64,000 bases of DNA from NCBI GenBank assembly GCA_963749655.1, contig CAVVOB010000018.1:160001-224000 (forward strand). The letters run 5' to 3'. The notes beneath the pieces were generated by a model. The model did no database searches. It was given only the letters and a program-made list of their open reading frames with translations, and was not told where the DNA came from. The stretch is from Nitrospirota bacterium. GTDB taxonomy: Bacteria; Nitrospirota; UBA9217. Positions 21,972-32,002 of the stretch are shown in pieces. Position 1 is the stretch's first letter. Each line of letters opens with the position of its first letter. Position numbers and translations under genes: made by a program.

Positions 21972-23321
21972 CTAAAACCACGATCTGGTCCCGGGGTGGC
22001 AGTTTGCGTTGCAAGTCGCACCATTGTAATTCACGTCCGTGAGTATCGTTGCAGACGCGGGCCCTTCCATCGTTGTCGTATTCAAGGTCGAAAAATGATT
22101 GCCTGCGAGCTTGAACGGATCGTGACACTTGAGGCAGCTGAAGTGCTCGGTATTCACGTGGAAATCATGCTGACCGGACACGTAGCTGTTGTACTCAGTA
22201 GTGCCAAAGGCGTGACAGGATGCGCACTGGTCGGTGAACAGGTCGATCGTTGCACCCGAGAGCCAGGCAGGAGTAGTCTGTCCGCCGTGACAGCTTACCG
22301 ATGAACAGGTTCCGTCGGCGTTCGCAACCGCTGTTCCGCTCTTCGCGCTGTAGACGCTCAAGAACTGCAGTTCGACCGTATTGTCAAAGTGCTTGATGGT
22401 GGTCGATCCCGCGCCATTGTGGCAGGTATTGCATACCGATTTGACATTCGGCAAGGCATTGTGCGCTGCATGAGCCCCGCTCCTGTCAGGAGCGGCGGTG
22501 CCGGAAGGAGGATTACCATGGCAGGACGTGCACCCCGTGAATGTGAGGGGGGAGCCTTTGAGATGACAGCTGGTGCATGCAGGACCGCTCCCTGACACTC
22601 CGGCGAGCGTTGTCCCGTGGCATGCCGCATTCGCACAGGACGTTGCCCCGTTGGCATTGACATACGCCGCGTGGTTTATCTGCGGATACTGGCCCCAGTC
22701 CAGAGGATGCACGGAGCTGGCTCCGTCCAGATGACAGCTTGAGCATGCCGGACCGCTGCCGCTGACGCCGCCGAGCGCCGCTCCATGGCATGCTGCAGTA
22801 GCGCAGCCCGCTGTGCCGTTTGTGTTGACGTAGGCGCCGTGCAAAAGATCGATGTTCTGGCCCCACTCGACCGGGTGGAACGAGTTCACGCCTCCCAGGT
22901 GGCAGCTCGTGCACGACGGTCCGCTGTTCGTGACCCCGTCGAGCGCCGTTCCATGACAAGCGGCGTTTGCGCAGGATGTAGTGCCGAGAGCATCGGCATA
23001 GTTTCCGTGCTTGGACAATATGTCCTGACCCCAGTCGGTCGGATGGATCACCGTGGGTCCGCCGAGATGGCAACCCGTGCACGATATGCCGGAAACTCCG
23101 CCGAGGTAATCGATTCCGTGGCATTCCTTGCAGACCGAAGTGCCTTCCTGCGCCGCGGTCATGTGGCCCGCCGGGAGCCAGTTCGCCTGATGGCCGGTGT
23201 CCGCATCGAACGGCGCTTTCGAATTCTTACTCGAGCTACCGCACGCGGTAATGAACATCAACCCCGCGATGAGGAACATACTGATGATCGTCGGTTTGGT
23301 TACCTGTGGCATGCCTTGCAC
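21972..23321 (-). CDS. Multiheme c-type cytochrome lipoprotein (9 CxxCH + 4 CxxxxCH + 1 CxxxCH)
   Basis: Lipobox ITAC; heme motifs counted by hand; Geobacter-type CxxxxCH/CxxCH pairing; start may be 23312. Confidence 0.9.
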   Translation of the reverse strand: MQGMPQVTKPTIISMFLIAGLMFITACGSSSKNSKAPFDADTGHQANWLPAGHMTAAQEGTSVCKECHGIDYLGGVSGISCTGCHLGGPTVIHPTDWGQDILSKHGNYADALGTTSCANAACHGTALDGVTNSGPSCTSCHLGGVNSFHPVEWGQNIDLLHGAYVNTNGTAGCATAACHGAALGGVSGSGPACSSCHLDGASSVHPLDWGQYPQINHAAYVNANGATSCANAACHGTTLAGVSGSGPACTSCHLKGSPLTFTGCTSCHGNPPSGTAAPDRSGAHAAHNALPNVKSVCNTCHNGAGSTTIKHFDNTVELQFLSVYSAKSGTAVANADGTCSSVSCHGGQTTPAWLSGATIDLFTDQCASCHAFGTTEYNSYVSGQHDFHVNTEHFSCLKCHDPFKLAGNHFSTLNTTTMEGPASATILTDVNYNGATCNANCHPGTRSWF

Positions 23322-23746
23322 CTCTCATTGTTCTGACGGCCATGGCACGGGAAGCACGAAGCCGGGTTGATCCTGCCGTCGATCTTGTGCTGGTTCAGGT
23401 AGTCTCCCCGATGGGGCATCGCAATAGCGGGGGAATCCTTGTATTTATCGCTCGGTTTCAATTCTTCCTTGTGAGCATGGCAATCCGAACAGAATGCATC
23501 GCTATGGCATACGCCGCAGGTCTGCCTGTTCTGCGATGCGTAGTACTTGTGCCGCGAGCTGTAAAAATCGGGGGTGTGGTTCAGTACGCCCCGATCATCG
23601 GTATGACAGTCGCTGCAGATGGGCGGCGTCGGCACCTCGGTCGGATGCTTTGCGACCATGCTGGTCGTCTGCGCGCAGGCAAACAGCACGGCAGCGGCCG
23701 CCGGCAGGAGCAGCAAAAAAGCCATTTTTATCATTCTCTTGTTCAT
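23300..23746 (-). CDS. Pentaheme c-type cytochrome lipoprotein
   Basis: Lipobox LFAC; CSDCH, CGVCH, CSDCH, CFPCH, CKACH. Confidence 0.9.
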   Translation of the reverse strand: MNKRMIKMAFLLLLPAAAAVLFACAQTTSMVAKHPTEVPTPPICSDCHTDDRGVLNHTPDFYSSRHKYYASQNRQTCGVCHSDAFCSDCHAHKEELKPSDKYKDSPAIAMPHRGDYLNQHKIDGRINPASCFPCHGRQNNERCKACHR

Positions 23747-23747
23747 G

Positions 23748-25085
23748 CTATACGCCCTCCTTCCGTTTGCCGGTGATTTCAAAACTGTAGATCAGTTTCA
23801 GGAATGTCCGGATGTCCTGGTCGAAATCGGGATTCTTCGAATACTCCACGTCGGCGCCCAGTTTCAGGTTCTCAGCAAGCTCATAGTCGGCGGCAAGGGT
23901 CACGGAATAAGCATCCTTGACATCATTGATCGCGGTGTCATAGGCGACATCCAGCACGTCCAGAGTCACGCCGGCATGTCCGAATTTCCGCGTGCAATAG
24001 ACGCGATATTCAGAGTATTTCAACCGGTCTTCCTTGCCGTCCATACGATGTATCGACACTCCGGATCCGCCGGCCTCCGAATAGGAAAAACGAACGTTGC
24101 CGCCGTAGTAGTTCGCGTCGCCCGCAACGCTGTATCGGAAGGCCTTGTAATTCACGGAAACGTTGAGCTTGTCGGTGATATCATAGGACACTTCTTCGCC
24201 CAGGATGTTGACCTTTTCCTTCTCATCGATGACGGTGGGATCAAATTTGAAGACCGAGGTCAACGAACCCGTGAAGTAATCCTTGTAATTGATCATCGAC
24301 GCTTCCGTATTCAATCGTACCTTCGCAAAAGGTCCGAGGACGAGAAAATAGGTATGGTTCGCCCAATCGTTCGTGATGGAATTGTACTTGGAGTTGCCCA
24401 TGAGTTCCACCTTATTGATCGGCCGGACCCAGAGATCCACGCCTTCTTCCTTGCGGAAGTCCGCGCTGTCCTTCTCTTCCTTGAGGGCCGAGATGCCGAT
24501 GCGGTACAGCCCCGGCATCTGATGGGACAACCTGCCGCCGTAGATGGTATCGCTCACGTCCCCCGAAAAGTTTGCGACATCGGAATCAACGGAGCGGCCG
24601 GCAAAAGCGGACACGCCGAAATTGCCCGCAAGGTCGGTCCTGCCATAGATGCCGTCAACCCTCTCCGCGGCAACGCCTTCAGACACCAGAACGCGCCCCA
24701 GGTTGACAACGGCATTGCCCTTTGAGCTGCGGTAACTCAGGTAGCCGTAGGACAGATCATTGTCCTCCCGAGTTCCCAGCCTGCTGTGGGGCGCATCGGG
24801 TTCCATTGATCCCAGATTGTACCGGAGCCAGCCGCCCATGTGAAACGTAAAGCTTTCCTTTTCCGGATTCAGAACGGAAAAATTGAGATATTCATAGGCG
24901 CCGAGAATATTTCTCTTTTCTGTGTCCTCACGGGACTGCAAATAGGTCGTAGAACTGCCGACAACACTCACCTCCGCCGATGCAGCCGGCGAGAATATCG
25001 GCGCCGCGGACAGAAACAGGACCGCTGCTCCAAACATTCGCATGACCCGTGGACAGCTTAACATCCTTGACAACATCTTCTTCAT
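23748..25085 (-). CDS. Outer-membrane beta-barrel protein of a porin-cytochrome conduit
   Basis: Signal peptide, amphipathic Tyr/Gly-rich strands, C-terminal LKLIYSF; stop 1 bp from the cytochrome start. Confidence 0.75.
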   Translation of the reverse strand: MKKMLSRMLSCPRVMRMFGAAVLFLSAAPIFSPAASAEVSVVGSSTTYLQSREDTEKRNILGAYEYLNFSVLNPEKESFTFHMGGWLRYNLGSMEPDAPHSRLGTREDNDLSYGYLSYRSSKGNAVVNLGRVLVSEGVAAERVDGIYGRTDLAGNFGVSAFAGRSVDSDVANFSGDVSDTIYGGRLSHQMPGLYRIGISALKEEKDSADFRKEEGVDLWVRPINKVELMGNSKYNSITNDWANHTYFLVLGPFAKVRLNTEASMINYKDYFTGSLTSVFKFDPTVIDEKEKVNILGEEVSYDITDKLNVSVNYKAFRYSVAGDANYYGGNVRFSYSEAGGSGVSIHRMDGKEDRLKYSEYRVYCTRKFGHAGVTLDVLDVAYDTAINDVKDAYSVTLAADYELAENLKLGADVEYSKNPDFDQDIRTFLKLIYSFEITGKRKEGV

Positions 25086-25294
25086 CCTCAAGATGCTTCC
25101 TCCTTTCCGAAATATGAATCAGTTATCGAGAAAAACCTTATTGAGCGCTGATAAACAGGTGCCGGTATAACCGCCTGCGAATGCACGGGAGAGGTTTCTC
25201 CGGAAATAAGCAGTAATGCAAAAAACCTCATGGTAATTGCAGGCAGACTGACCCACGGAACCATTGTGCACTTTTTGCTATAAAAATCGATCAT

Positions 25295-25395
25295 ACTATA
25301 CGTGAAAAAACGCGGGAAATCAAGATGAAAGGGATTTCATGGAAGAAAATATCCCGGACGTTGTGTTGACAGTCCAAAGAGAAAAAGTGTATAAT
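25295..25395. promoter_or_regulatory. Divergent sigma70 promoters
   Basis: Minus strand TTGATT-N17-TATAGT (25323-25295); plus strand TTGACA-N18-TATAAT (25366-25395). Confidence 0.6.
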
Positions 25396-25400
25396 TTTTC

Positions 25401-25904
25401 GTGCGCCGAAATTCGAATTCTCCATATGCCTGTTCCGTGGTGGTCCTGCTTCTTGGTGCCGTCACGGCATTGTTTGCCCTTCTGCAGGTCCATGACGCTT
25501 TTGCCCAGCCGGGACCGGTTGCTGATTCAGGAAGCCTTTCAGCCTACCGCCTCATCGGCACTATCGGCGGCAACGCGCTTGCCGGGGCCGTACTGAGCGA
25601 CGGGAAAGGCGAGCAGACCTTCATCCGGCTCAACGACAGACTGCCCGACGGATCGCAGCTCGTAGGCGTTCATTTAGACAGGATTTCAATAAAAGGGACT
25701 GACGGCACGCGCTACGACATGTACATCTCCCACGAGACAAAACCCTCTTCCCCTACTCCTATCAAGCCTGTTGCCGAGGCCAGGCCTGCGCCGCCTGTTG
25801 ATCCTTACACGGGAAACGTTGCACCCACTGCACCGGCCGGGCATCCCGTCACAATGCCGGGCAAACGGGGCCGCGTGGGCCGCACAGGATCAAACGCCGA
25901 ATAA
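25401..25904 (+). CDS. Type II secretion GspC/PilP-like HR-domain protein
   Basis: N-terminal TM; YRLIGTI...GAVL...G.QTF.RLNDRLPDGS.LV.V..DRI; Pro-rich tail. Confidence 0.6.
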   Translation: MRRNSNSPYACSVVVLLLGAVTALFALLQVHDAFAQPGPVADSGSLSAYRLIGTIGGNALAGAVLSDGKGEQTFIRLNDRLPDGSQLVGVHLDRISIKGTDGTRYDMYISHETKPSSPTPIKPVAEARPAPPVDPYTGNVAPTAPAGHPVTMPGKRGRVGRTGSNAE

Positions 25905-26217
25905 CTGCAACCTACTGTTTTCTCTCGAAAAATTTCATGCAAACCGGGCACTTATAACCTATACCAGCGGCAAATACAATCCACCAGCTGTCCCATTTTA
26001 CTCTTTTTCTAGGAACGGCACAGAGACCACGCTCAAAACCTGTATGCCGCTAGTTGCGAGGTGCATGGTACATTATGCGTAGTAAAATTATGAAGAGGAC
26101 ATGCCTCAGATTAAGACATGTCCTCTTAGAGCACAAAACTCATAAGCCAGGGTAATGATTGCTGAAGGCACTATAGCAAAATGTCAGTTTACCAATAAAT
26201 ATAAAAACCCGAATAGG

Positions 26218-26571
26218 TCAATTCCCTAAAATCGCTTTCCAGCCTTCGCGTCCTGTTTTATCTTTTACTTTGTAAATTTTAAATGGAGTGATATTTTCCT
26301 TCGGCTCGGATATTTTGCCATCCGGCATCAGCATGGTAAGCGTCATTTTCACTCTGACTGGCCAGGACCCGTCTGCATTCCGTTTGCCCCGCTCCACGAT
26401 GACGAGGGGAGATGTGACCGTGAACCCCTTGCCCTTCAGTGCCCCGGAACCGTCTATCGCCTTAATCACTTCCTCGTCCTTCGGCTTTGAGAATCCTGAA
26501 CAGCCTACTGCATTCAATACAAAAACGCCCGCAAGTATTAATACAATAAATAGAATAGATCTGTTTCTCAT
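26218..26571 (-). CDS. Hypothetical lipoprotein (paralog of 40013-40399)
   Basis: Lipobox AVGC; shared PKDEE.IKA...SP..IVE...DG.WPV.VK. Confidence 0.7.
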   Translation of the reverse strand: MRNRSILFIVLILAGVFVLNAVGCSGFSKPKDEEVIKAIDGSGALKGKGFTVTSPLVIVERGKRNADGSWPVRVKMTLTMLMPDGKISEPKENITPFKIYKVKDKTGREGWKAILGN

Positions 26572-26681
26572 TTGAGTGAATCTCCTCACGCATGAAATGA
26601 TTGAAGTGCTACAGTACACGATCTGTCCCTCTTTGTCAAATCAACGCGTCTATTCGTAACTCGCGAACCACAATCGGACTC

Positions 26682-26711
26682 AAAAAAAGGCGGACCCCGC
26701 AGGGTCCGCCT
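26682..26711 (-). terminator. Intrinsic terminator of the decaheme cytochrome gene
   Basis: GGCGGACCC-TGCG-GGGTCCGCC followed by T7 on the minus strand. Confidence 0.85.
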
Positions 26712-26771
26712 CAATGGTGTTCGTATGCGCTTTTGAATCCGCGCCTTGCTGGACTACGTTACCTGCTGATA

Positions 26772-29657
26772 CTACTTGGTAACGACGCTGCGTTTCTCGT
26801 AGAGCGAGCCGCCGTTCGCCTTCATGTGCGCCGTTGCTGCGGAGCTGTCATGGCAGGAGAAGCATGCGGCAGCGATCGGCGAGGACACGAGGTTGTCGCC
26901 GGAACCGCCACTGCCGTAGTTCACGTCCATCGTGATATACGGCGAGAAGTCGAATTTCGACGCGTCGGTCGACGACAGCGTACCCGTTGCGGTGGTGCTG
27001 AGAAGCATGTTGTTCATCACCGTATCGGTATATACCGTCGTATTGGTGTTGCCTACCCGTGTTACGCAGGAGAAATCAAATGCGCTGCCCGTGTAGCAGT
27101 CCTTGCCGTTGTTGAGGCCCGTGTTGGCGCCGACATGGCAGGCGTCGCACTTGTTCAGCTCGTTCGGATAGGTAATAAGGAAGAACCCTGCATCTGCCTC
27201 ATCGCCCGCGACCGAGGTAGCATCCCAGGTGAAATTCACCGTCCGCTTCGAGGCCCCATGGATGGCGTGAACAAAGGTGCTGGCGTTCACGGCCCAACCC
27301 TGGCTGGCTCTACCCGGATTGTGGCAGAACGAACAGGTCGGCGCGTCATTGCGCTGACCGACATGGAACGTGGGAGCTGCACCGAGCGCGACGTGGCAAG
27401 CATTACACTTGTCCGTATCCACTGCAGCGCGGCGGCCGGTGTATCCGGTTGCGACCTTCCACGCGTTCGGCGAAGGAACGGCGAGACCGCCCGTTCCGCT
27501 TGCAGCAGTATACAGATAGCCGGACACGTTCGTCTGAACAAGCGGCGGGGTGCCCGATCCGTAGCTGTAGCCGATGCCGCCGGTAAGCATTACCGCGGTG
27601 GAGGGCAGCGTCGTACCGGTCCGGACGATTGTGTAGTAACCGCTTCCGTCAGGTCCGATCATCGTGGCCGTGGTGCCGCTGATGACGCCGTTCCAGACGT
27701 TCCTGATGTAGACGCTGGCGCTCTTGTTGAAGTCAGACGGCGTGGTTCTGCCGTCCTGCGGCTCGGCCCATACGAAGTATGCGCTCGGCGAGCCCGCGAC
27801 GTTGGCAAACAGTTCTGAAGTCGTATCCGTCGGTGCCGTGAATACAACATCCGCGGCGGCCGTGTCATCATGGAACTTGAACGTGATGGCCGGATGGTTG
27901 TTCGACACGGTCACGCTGCTGATCAGCCATGAGAAACGATGTGCGCCGGTCGGCAATGCGTTTGCTGCGGCAATGTACTCAGCATTGGTATGGGTGTTGG
28001 TGCCGCCCAGGCCCATCCGAGGATCGGTCGTATCGGGCGGCACGATCGGAATGTGCTTGTCGGTAATGCCCGCCAGACCGCCGGATGCAGGATGGCAGCC
28101 CGAGCAGGTGGTATCATCGTCATTCGATCCGCCTGAGTGAGCGGTAAGGTTCCCTATTGACGTTGCGAAGCTTATATTGTCGTGGCAGGAACCGCAGGCC
28201 TTGCGGCTGGGTTTGGTCTTCCAGTTATTGCTGTCGGTCCCCTGGTGACACATGGTGCAGTTGCGGATGTCCTGGGGATAGGTGACGTCGTTCGCCAGCA
28301 CGCCAACCGGTCTTTCATTGGCCAGTTTCAGGTTTTCGCCCATGTGGATCTTATGGACCATGGTGTTCATTTCACCCTGCGAGAATCCGGTCGATGATGC
28401 TGTAGGATCGGTGGCAAGATTGATCTGGTCGCCAACGATATAGGTGGTGCTTGCGGGAAGTGCACCCGTCGCATCCACGGTCTGTACAGAACGACCGATC
28501 GCCCGCTGATAGGTATGGCATACCACGCAGTACTTCGTGTCAACACGGCCACCGTGCGGGGTGGTGGTGCCGATCTTGTAATGGCAATTATTGCAGGCTG
28601 CGGCCGTTACGATGTCATGCGATGCCGTACCGGTGAAGGCCGGCAGGTTTGCAGGCACGAAGTCCTGGATAACGTTGATTGCCCTGTCGTTCAGCGAGCC
28701 GCCAGCTACGGTACCGGAGACCTGGATCGTCAGACGGTGCGTGTTGTTGGCGTTATACGTAACCCCGGATACGGCCGTGATGTCCTTGGCAAACGTGTAG
28801 CTGTAGGTGCCGTCGCCGTTGTCCGTCATGTTGGCTGCCGTACCTTCGCTGGTGGGACGGGAGGTGGCGGTAACCATGTAGCTCTGCCAATAGGTGCCCG
28901 ATGCTGATGACTGCAACTGGGCCATCGCAAACTTGACCTGTGTTGCCGTCAGGCCGATAATCCCGTTGCCTGCTGAATCCTGCACCGTGAAATCAACAAC
29001 CGGCGTACCTGCAGAAACATCGATGACCTGGACCGAGCCCGTCATATTGAGCCCGGCAAGCTGCCTGGCACTCTGCTGGTTGATATCAACAAGGCCGCCT
29101 TGCACCGTGATGGGATCCGCGGTTGCGGAAAGCGGCGAGACGGTGTGCATGTCCTGGATAGCTGCCAGTCCGCCTGAAGCATGGCAGACGAGGCACTGCT
29201 CGACCGTGCTGGCCGTCGTGTCCGTGCCGTTGCAGACATAATCAGTGGACGTCACCGAATCAGGTGCGCCGTCGCCGTTCGTGTCCGGACCCACTTCGAT
29301 CTTGAAGCCGCCGTTCGCGCAGTTGGCGCCGGCAGGCTCAGTCGTGATCGATATGCCTACGGACGCGCCGCTTGATCCGGACGAACCGTTGCACACATAC
29401 TGCGTGCTCGTGATCTCGGTCGTATCGAGAACGCCATTGCTGTTCAGGTCGATGCCGGCATTTACAGTGATGCCGTAGCTGCCGTCAATCAAAGCCGAGC
29501 CGGTGCACTGGCCGGCCGGGACGGAATTCTCTTTCGACACAACTACTGAGTTCGTCCCCTGTGCCGTCGTACCGCCGCCGCCGCTGGAGCTGCAGCCCGC
29601 GGCGATCAGCACTGCGAACAGACCCACTGCAAGTACTACGTGCAATGCTTTTTTCAT
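26772..29657 (-). CDS. OmcA/MtrC-family decaheme lipoprotein with N-terminal disulfide repeats; hemes arranged 1+5+4
   Basis: Lipobox AAGC; 10 CxxCH; family motifs DNGDGTYSYTF, HGGRVDTKYCVVCH, VHKIHMG, YPQDIRNCTMCH, PSRKACGSCH, SPIAAACFSCHD. Confidence 0.92.
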   Translation of the reverse strand: MKKALHVVLAVGLFAVLIAAGCSSSGGGGTTAQGTNSVVVSKENSVPAGQCTGSALIDGSYGITVNAGIDLNSNGVLDTTEITSTQYVCNGSSGSSGASVGISITTEPAGANCANGGFKIEVGPDTNGDGAPDSVTSTDYVCNGTDTTASTVEQCLVCHASGGLAAIQDMHTVSPLSATADPITVQGGLVDINQQSARQLAGLNMTGSVQVIDVSAGTPVVDFTVQDSAGNGIIGLTATQVKFAMAQLQSSASGTYWQSYMVTATSRPTSEGTAANMTDNGDGTYSYTFAKDITAVSGVTYNANNTHRLTIQVSGTVAGGSLNDRAINVIQDFVPANLPAFTGTASHDIVTAAACNNCHYKIGTTTPHGGRVDTKYCVVCHTYQRAIGRSVQTVDATGALPASTTYIVGDQINLATDPTASSTGFSQGEMNTMVHKIHMGENLKLANERPVGVLANDVTYPQDIRNCTMCHQGTDSNNWKTKPSRKACGSCHDNISFATSIGNLTAHSGGSNDDDTTCSGCHPASGGLAGITDKHIPIVPPDTTDPRMGLGGTNTHTNAEYIAAANALPTGAHRFSWLISSVTVSNNHPAITFKFHDDTAAADVVFTAPTDTTSELFANVAGSPSAYFVWAEPQDGRTTPSDFNKSASVYIRNVWNGVISGTTATMIGPDGSGYYTIVRTGTTLPSTAVMLTGGIGYSYGSGTPPLVQTNVSGYLYTAASGTGGLAVPSPNAWKVATGYTGRRAAVDTDKCNACHVALGAAPTFHVGQRNDAPTCSFCHNPGRASQGWAVNASTFVHAIHGASKRTVNFTWDATSVAGDEADAGFFLITYPNELNKCDACHVGANTGLNNGKDCYTGSAFDFSCVTRVGNTNTTVYTDTVMNNMLLSTTATGTLSSTDASKFDFSPYITMDVNYGSGGSGDNLVSSPIAAACFSCHDSSAATAHMKANGGSLYEKRSVVTK

Positions 29658-30259
29658 TTTTTTTCTCCCTTTCTTCGGTTTTATACAACAAAAAAACTCT
29701 TTTTTTCTTCCCTTGATGCAAATGATGCAAAAACACCTCGCAAAAACAAAATACTAAAAATCTAGAAGGATTACCGGTGGATACCTGCTAGGACCACCTC
29801 CTTTCGGATCAGACTGAACATCGTATGATAATCAATACTATTTCCCCAATTTGACAGGCGGGTCCTGATTACGGGCAGTACGCAATCAAACGCACGCAGT
29901 TCACACTATATGTTTTCGCTGATGTATTATCAATGAATGAAGAAAAACGTATATGACAATTCGATTTTGAGAAATCGAATTTGTGCATTGAATAATGCCC
30001 GGGAAATGATGAATGAGCACTTGCAGGACAACGAAGGGGCGAAAAATTACATGGTGCCGGCGACTTATGCCTCAATTCTTCCCCCCTCCGGGAAAGCCGA
30101 TTTGCCTGGATTTGCGCGGCAGGCAAACATGGGGAAAATATAGCAACGGGTTTACAGTATGTCAAGCTGGATGCCATATATCTTTTAATGCTTTAGTTTT
30201 AAATTATATATTGACTGTTATTAGCAAAAAATACCATTTCATATCATCTTCCTTTTAAC

Positions 30260-30275
30260 TGCAACTCATATGCCA
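30260..30275 (-). promoter_or_regulatory. sigma54 (-24/-12) promoter upstream of the decaheme cytochrome
   Basis: TGGCATATGAGTTGCA = GG-N10-GC in an AT-rich region beside a sigma54 activator gene. Confidence 0.75.
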
Positions 30276-30608
30276 CAACAATTCACTATTATATTTGGTA
30301 GTTGCAAAATAACGCAACCTAAAATCAACAGCTAAATGGTGAAATGACCACTTCTCACATGGGAATTTAACCGTCAAACTTTTTTCCCTTTCCGGTCCCG
30401 GGCTTCGCAAACGACATTATTATCGTGATGACGGTCAGCCGCGACTAAGCAGGCAAGGGAGGATGCACTGTTCCGAAAGCCTCTAAAATTACTGTTCAGA
30501 ATTTTGTTTGCGGAGATGGCATGAAGAGCGGGAAGAAATGATGAGTGGCAGAACGACAGCCTATGGGTCTTGAAAATGCCGTCTTGCCGTGATGCCGCGG
30601 ATCAGGGG

Positions 30609-32002
30609 TTATTCCAATCCGAACTTTTTCACCTGATAGCGCATAGTATCGTAGCTTATCTGGAGCAGTTTGGCTGCCTGGGTCTTGTTATGATTGGAAC
30701 GTTCGAGGGCCTGCTGGATAAGGTCCTTCTCCAGCTTCTCAAGTGAGACCCCCTCATCAGGAAGAATGAACGTCCGGGTGTGCCGGTGGTACGCGACGCC
30801 TGCCCGTCCGATCAGCCACTCAGGAAGATGCTCGGGACCTATTTCCAGGTCGCTTTCAAGCACGACAATGCGTTCGACGAGGTTCCGGAGTTCCCTGATA
30901 TTGCCGGGCCAGTCGTAGGAAGCCAGAATGTCTTCGGCCTCGTTGGACAGATATTTTACGTTCTTCTTGCTGTGGTCCGGAACTGAAGAGAACAAAAAAT
31001 TTTCTCGCCAGGAGAGGGATGTCCTCTTTTCGCTCCCTGAGCGGCGGCACGTGCAGATGGAAGGTGTTCAGCCTGAAAAACAGGTCTCTCCGGAATTCTC
31101 CCGTCTCGACCGCCTCTGCCAGATTTTTATTCGTCGTTGCGATCACCGTTATGTCGATCGGTATCTCTTCCGTGCCTCCCACATGCCGGATGGTCCTTTC
31201 CTCAAGCACCCGCAGCAATTTTGCCTGCAGGTTCAGCTGCATGTCCCCGATCTCATCAAGGAGCAGCGCTCCTCCCTGCGCCAGCTCGAACAGCCCCTTC
31301 TTGGCCGACGTCGCATCGGTAAAGGCCCCTTTTTCATGGCCGAACAGCTCGCTCTCCAGCAAGGCGTCCGGGCAGCGAAGCGCAGTTGATCTGGATGAAG
31401 GGGGAGAATCCCGAACCGGACGCAGGGCACATCAGCCGGTGCGCATAACGGGCGAACAGCTCCTTGCCGGTCCCGCTCTCCCCCGTGAGAAGAAGGCTGG
31501 AAACAGAGGCGTGGGCGATCTTCTCGATCTGGACCATGAGGTCGCGGACAAGCTTCGAGGAGCCGATAATCTCCGGCTCCTCCAGCAGCCCGGAGCTGAC
31601 TTTTCGAAGATAGGTGACCTCCTGCTTCAACTGTTCCTTTTCCAGGATATTGCGGAGGACGATCTTTACTTCCTCGATATTGAATGGTTTGGTGAGATAA
31701 TCGGCGGCCCCGAGCTTCATCGCCTTCACCGCTGTTTCGGCGGAGTCGTCGGCGGTCAGCATAACGACCTGCGTGGAAGTCCCCTGCGCCATCAGGTCCT
31801 GTAAAATGTCGATACCGCTTTTCTCAGGGAGCCTGTTGTCCAGCAGCACGACATGGGGGGACCATGAGCTGATCTTGTTCAGGATGCCTGTTGAACTCGT
31901 CGCCGAGCGCACCTCGTACCCGCTGTTCTTCAGCACCCGCGAGAGCATGGATACGATAAGCTCATCGTCGTCGACGAGAAATATTCGACCGCCGCTCTTC
32001 AT
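30609..32002 (-). CDS. sigma54-dependent response regulator (REC-AAA+-Fis HTH), split by two frameshifts
   Basis: VDDD receiver, [44 protein letters not shown]. Confidence 0.9.

Noticed and set aside
30161-30176. Second sigma54 promoter TGGCATCCAGCTTGAC (minus strand)
   Set aside because: The -12 element is GA rather than GC; weaker than the 30260-30275 match.
29660-30250. Cyclic dinucleotide (GEMM-I) riboswitch in the cytochrome leader
   Set aside because: A GGCAAA occurs on the minus strand near 30105, but I could not find the GNRA-capped P2, GACGCAAAGC junction or closing stem; an Infernal search would settle it.
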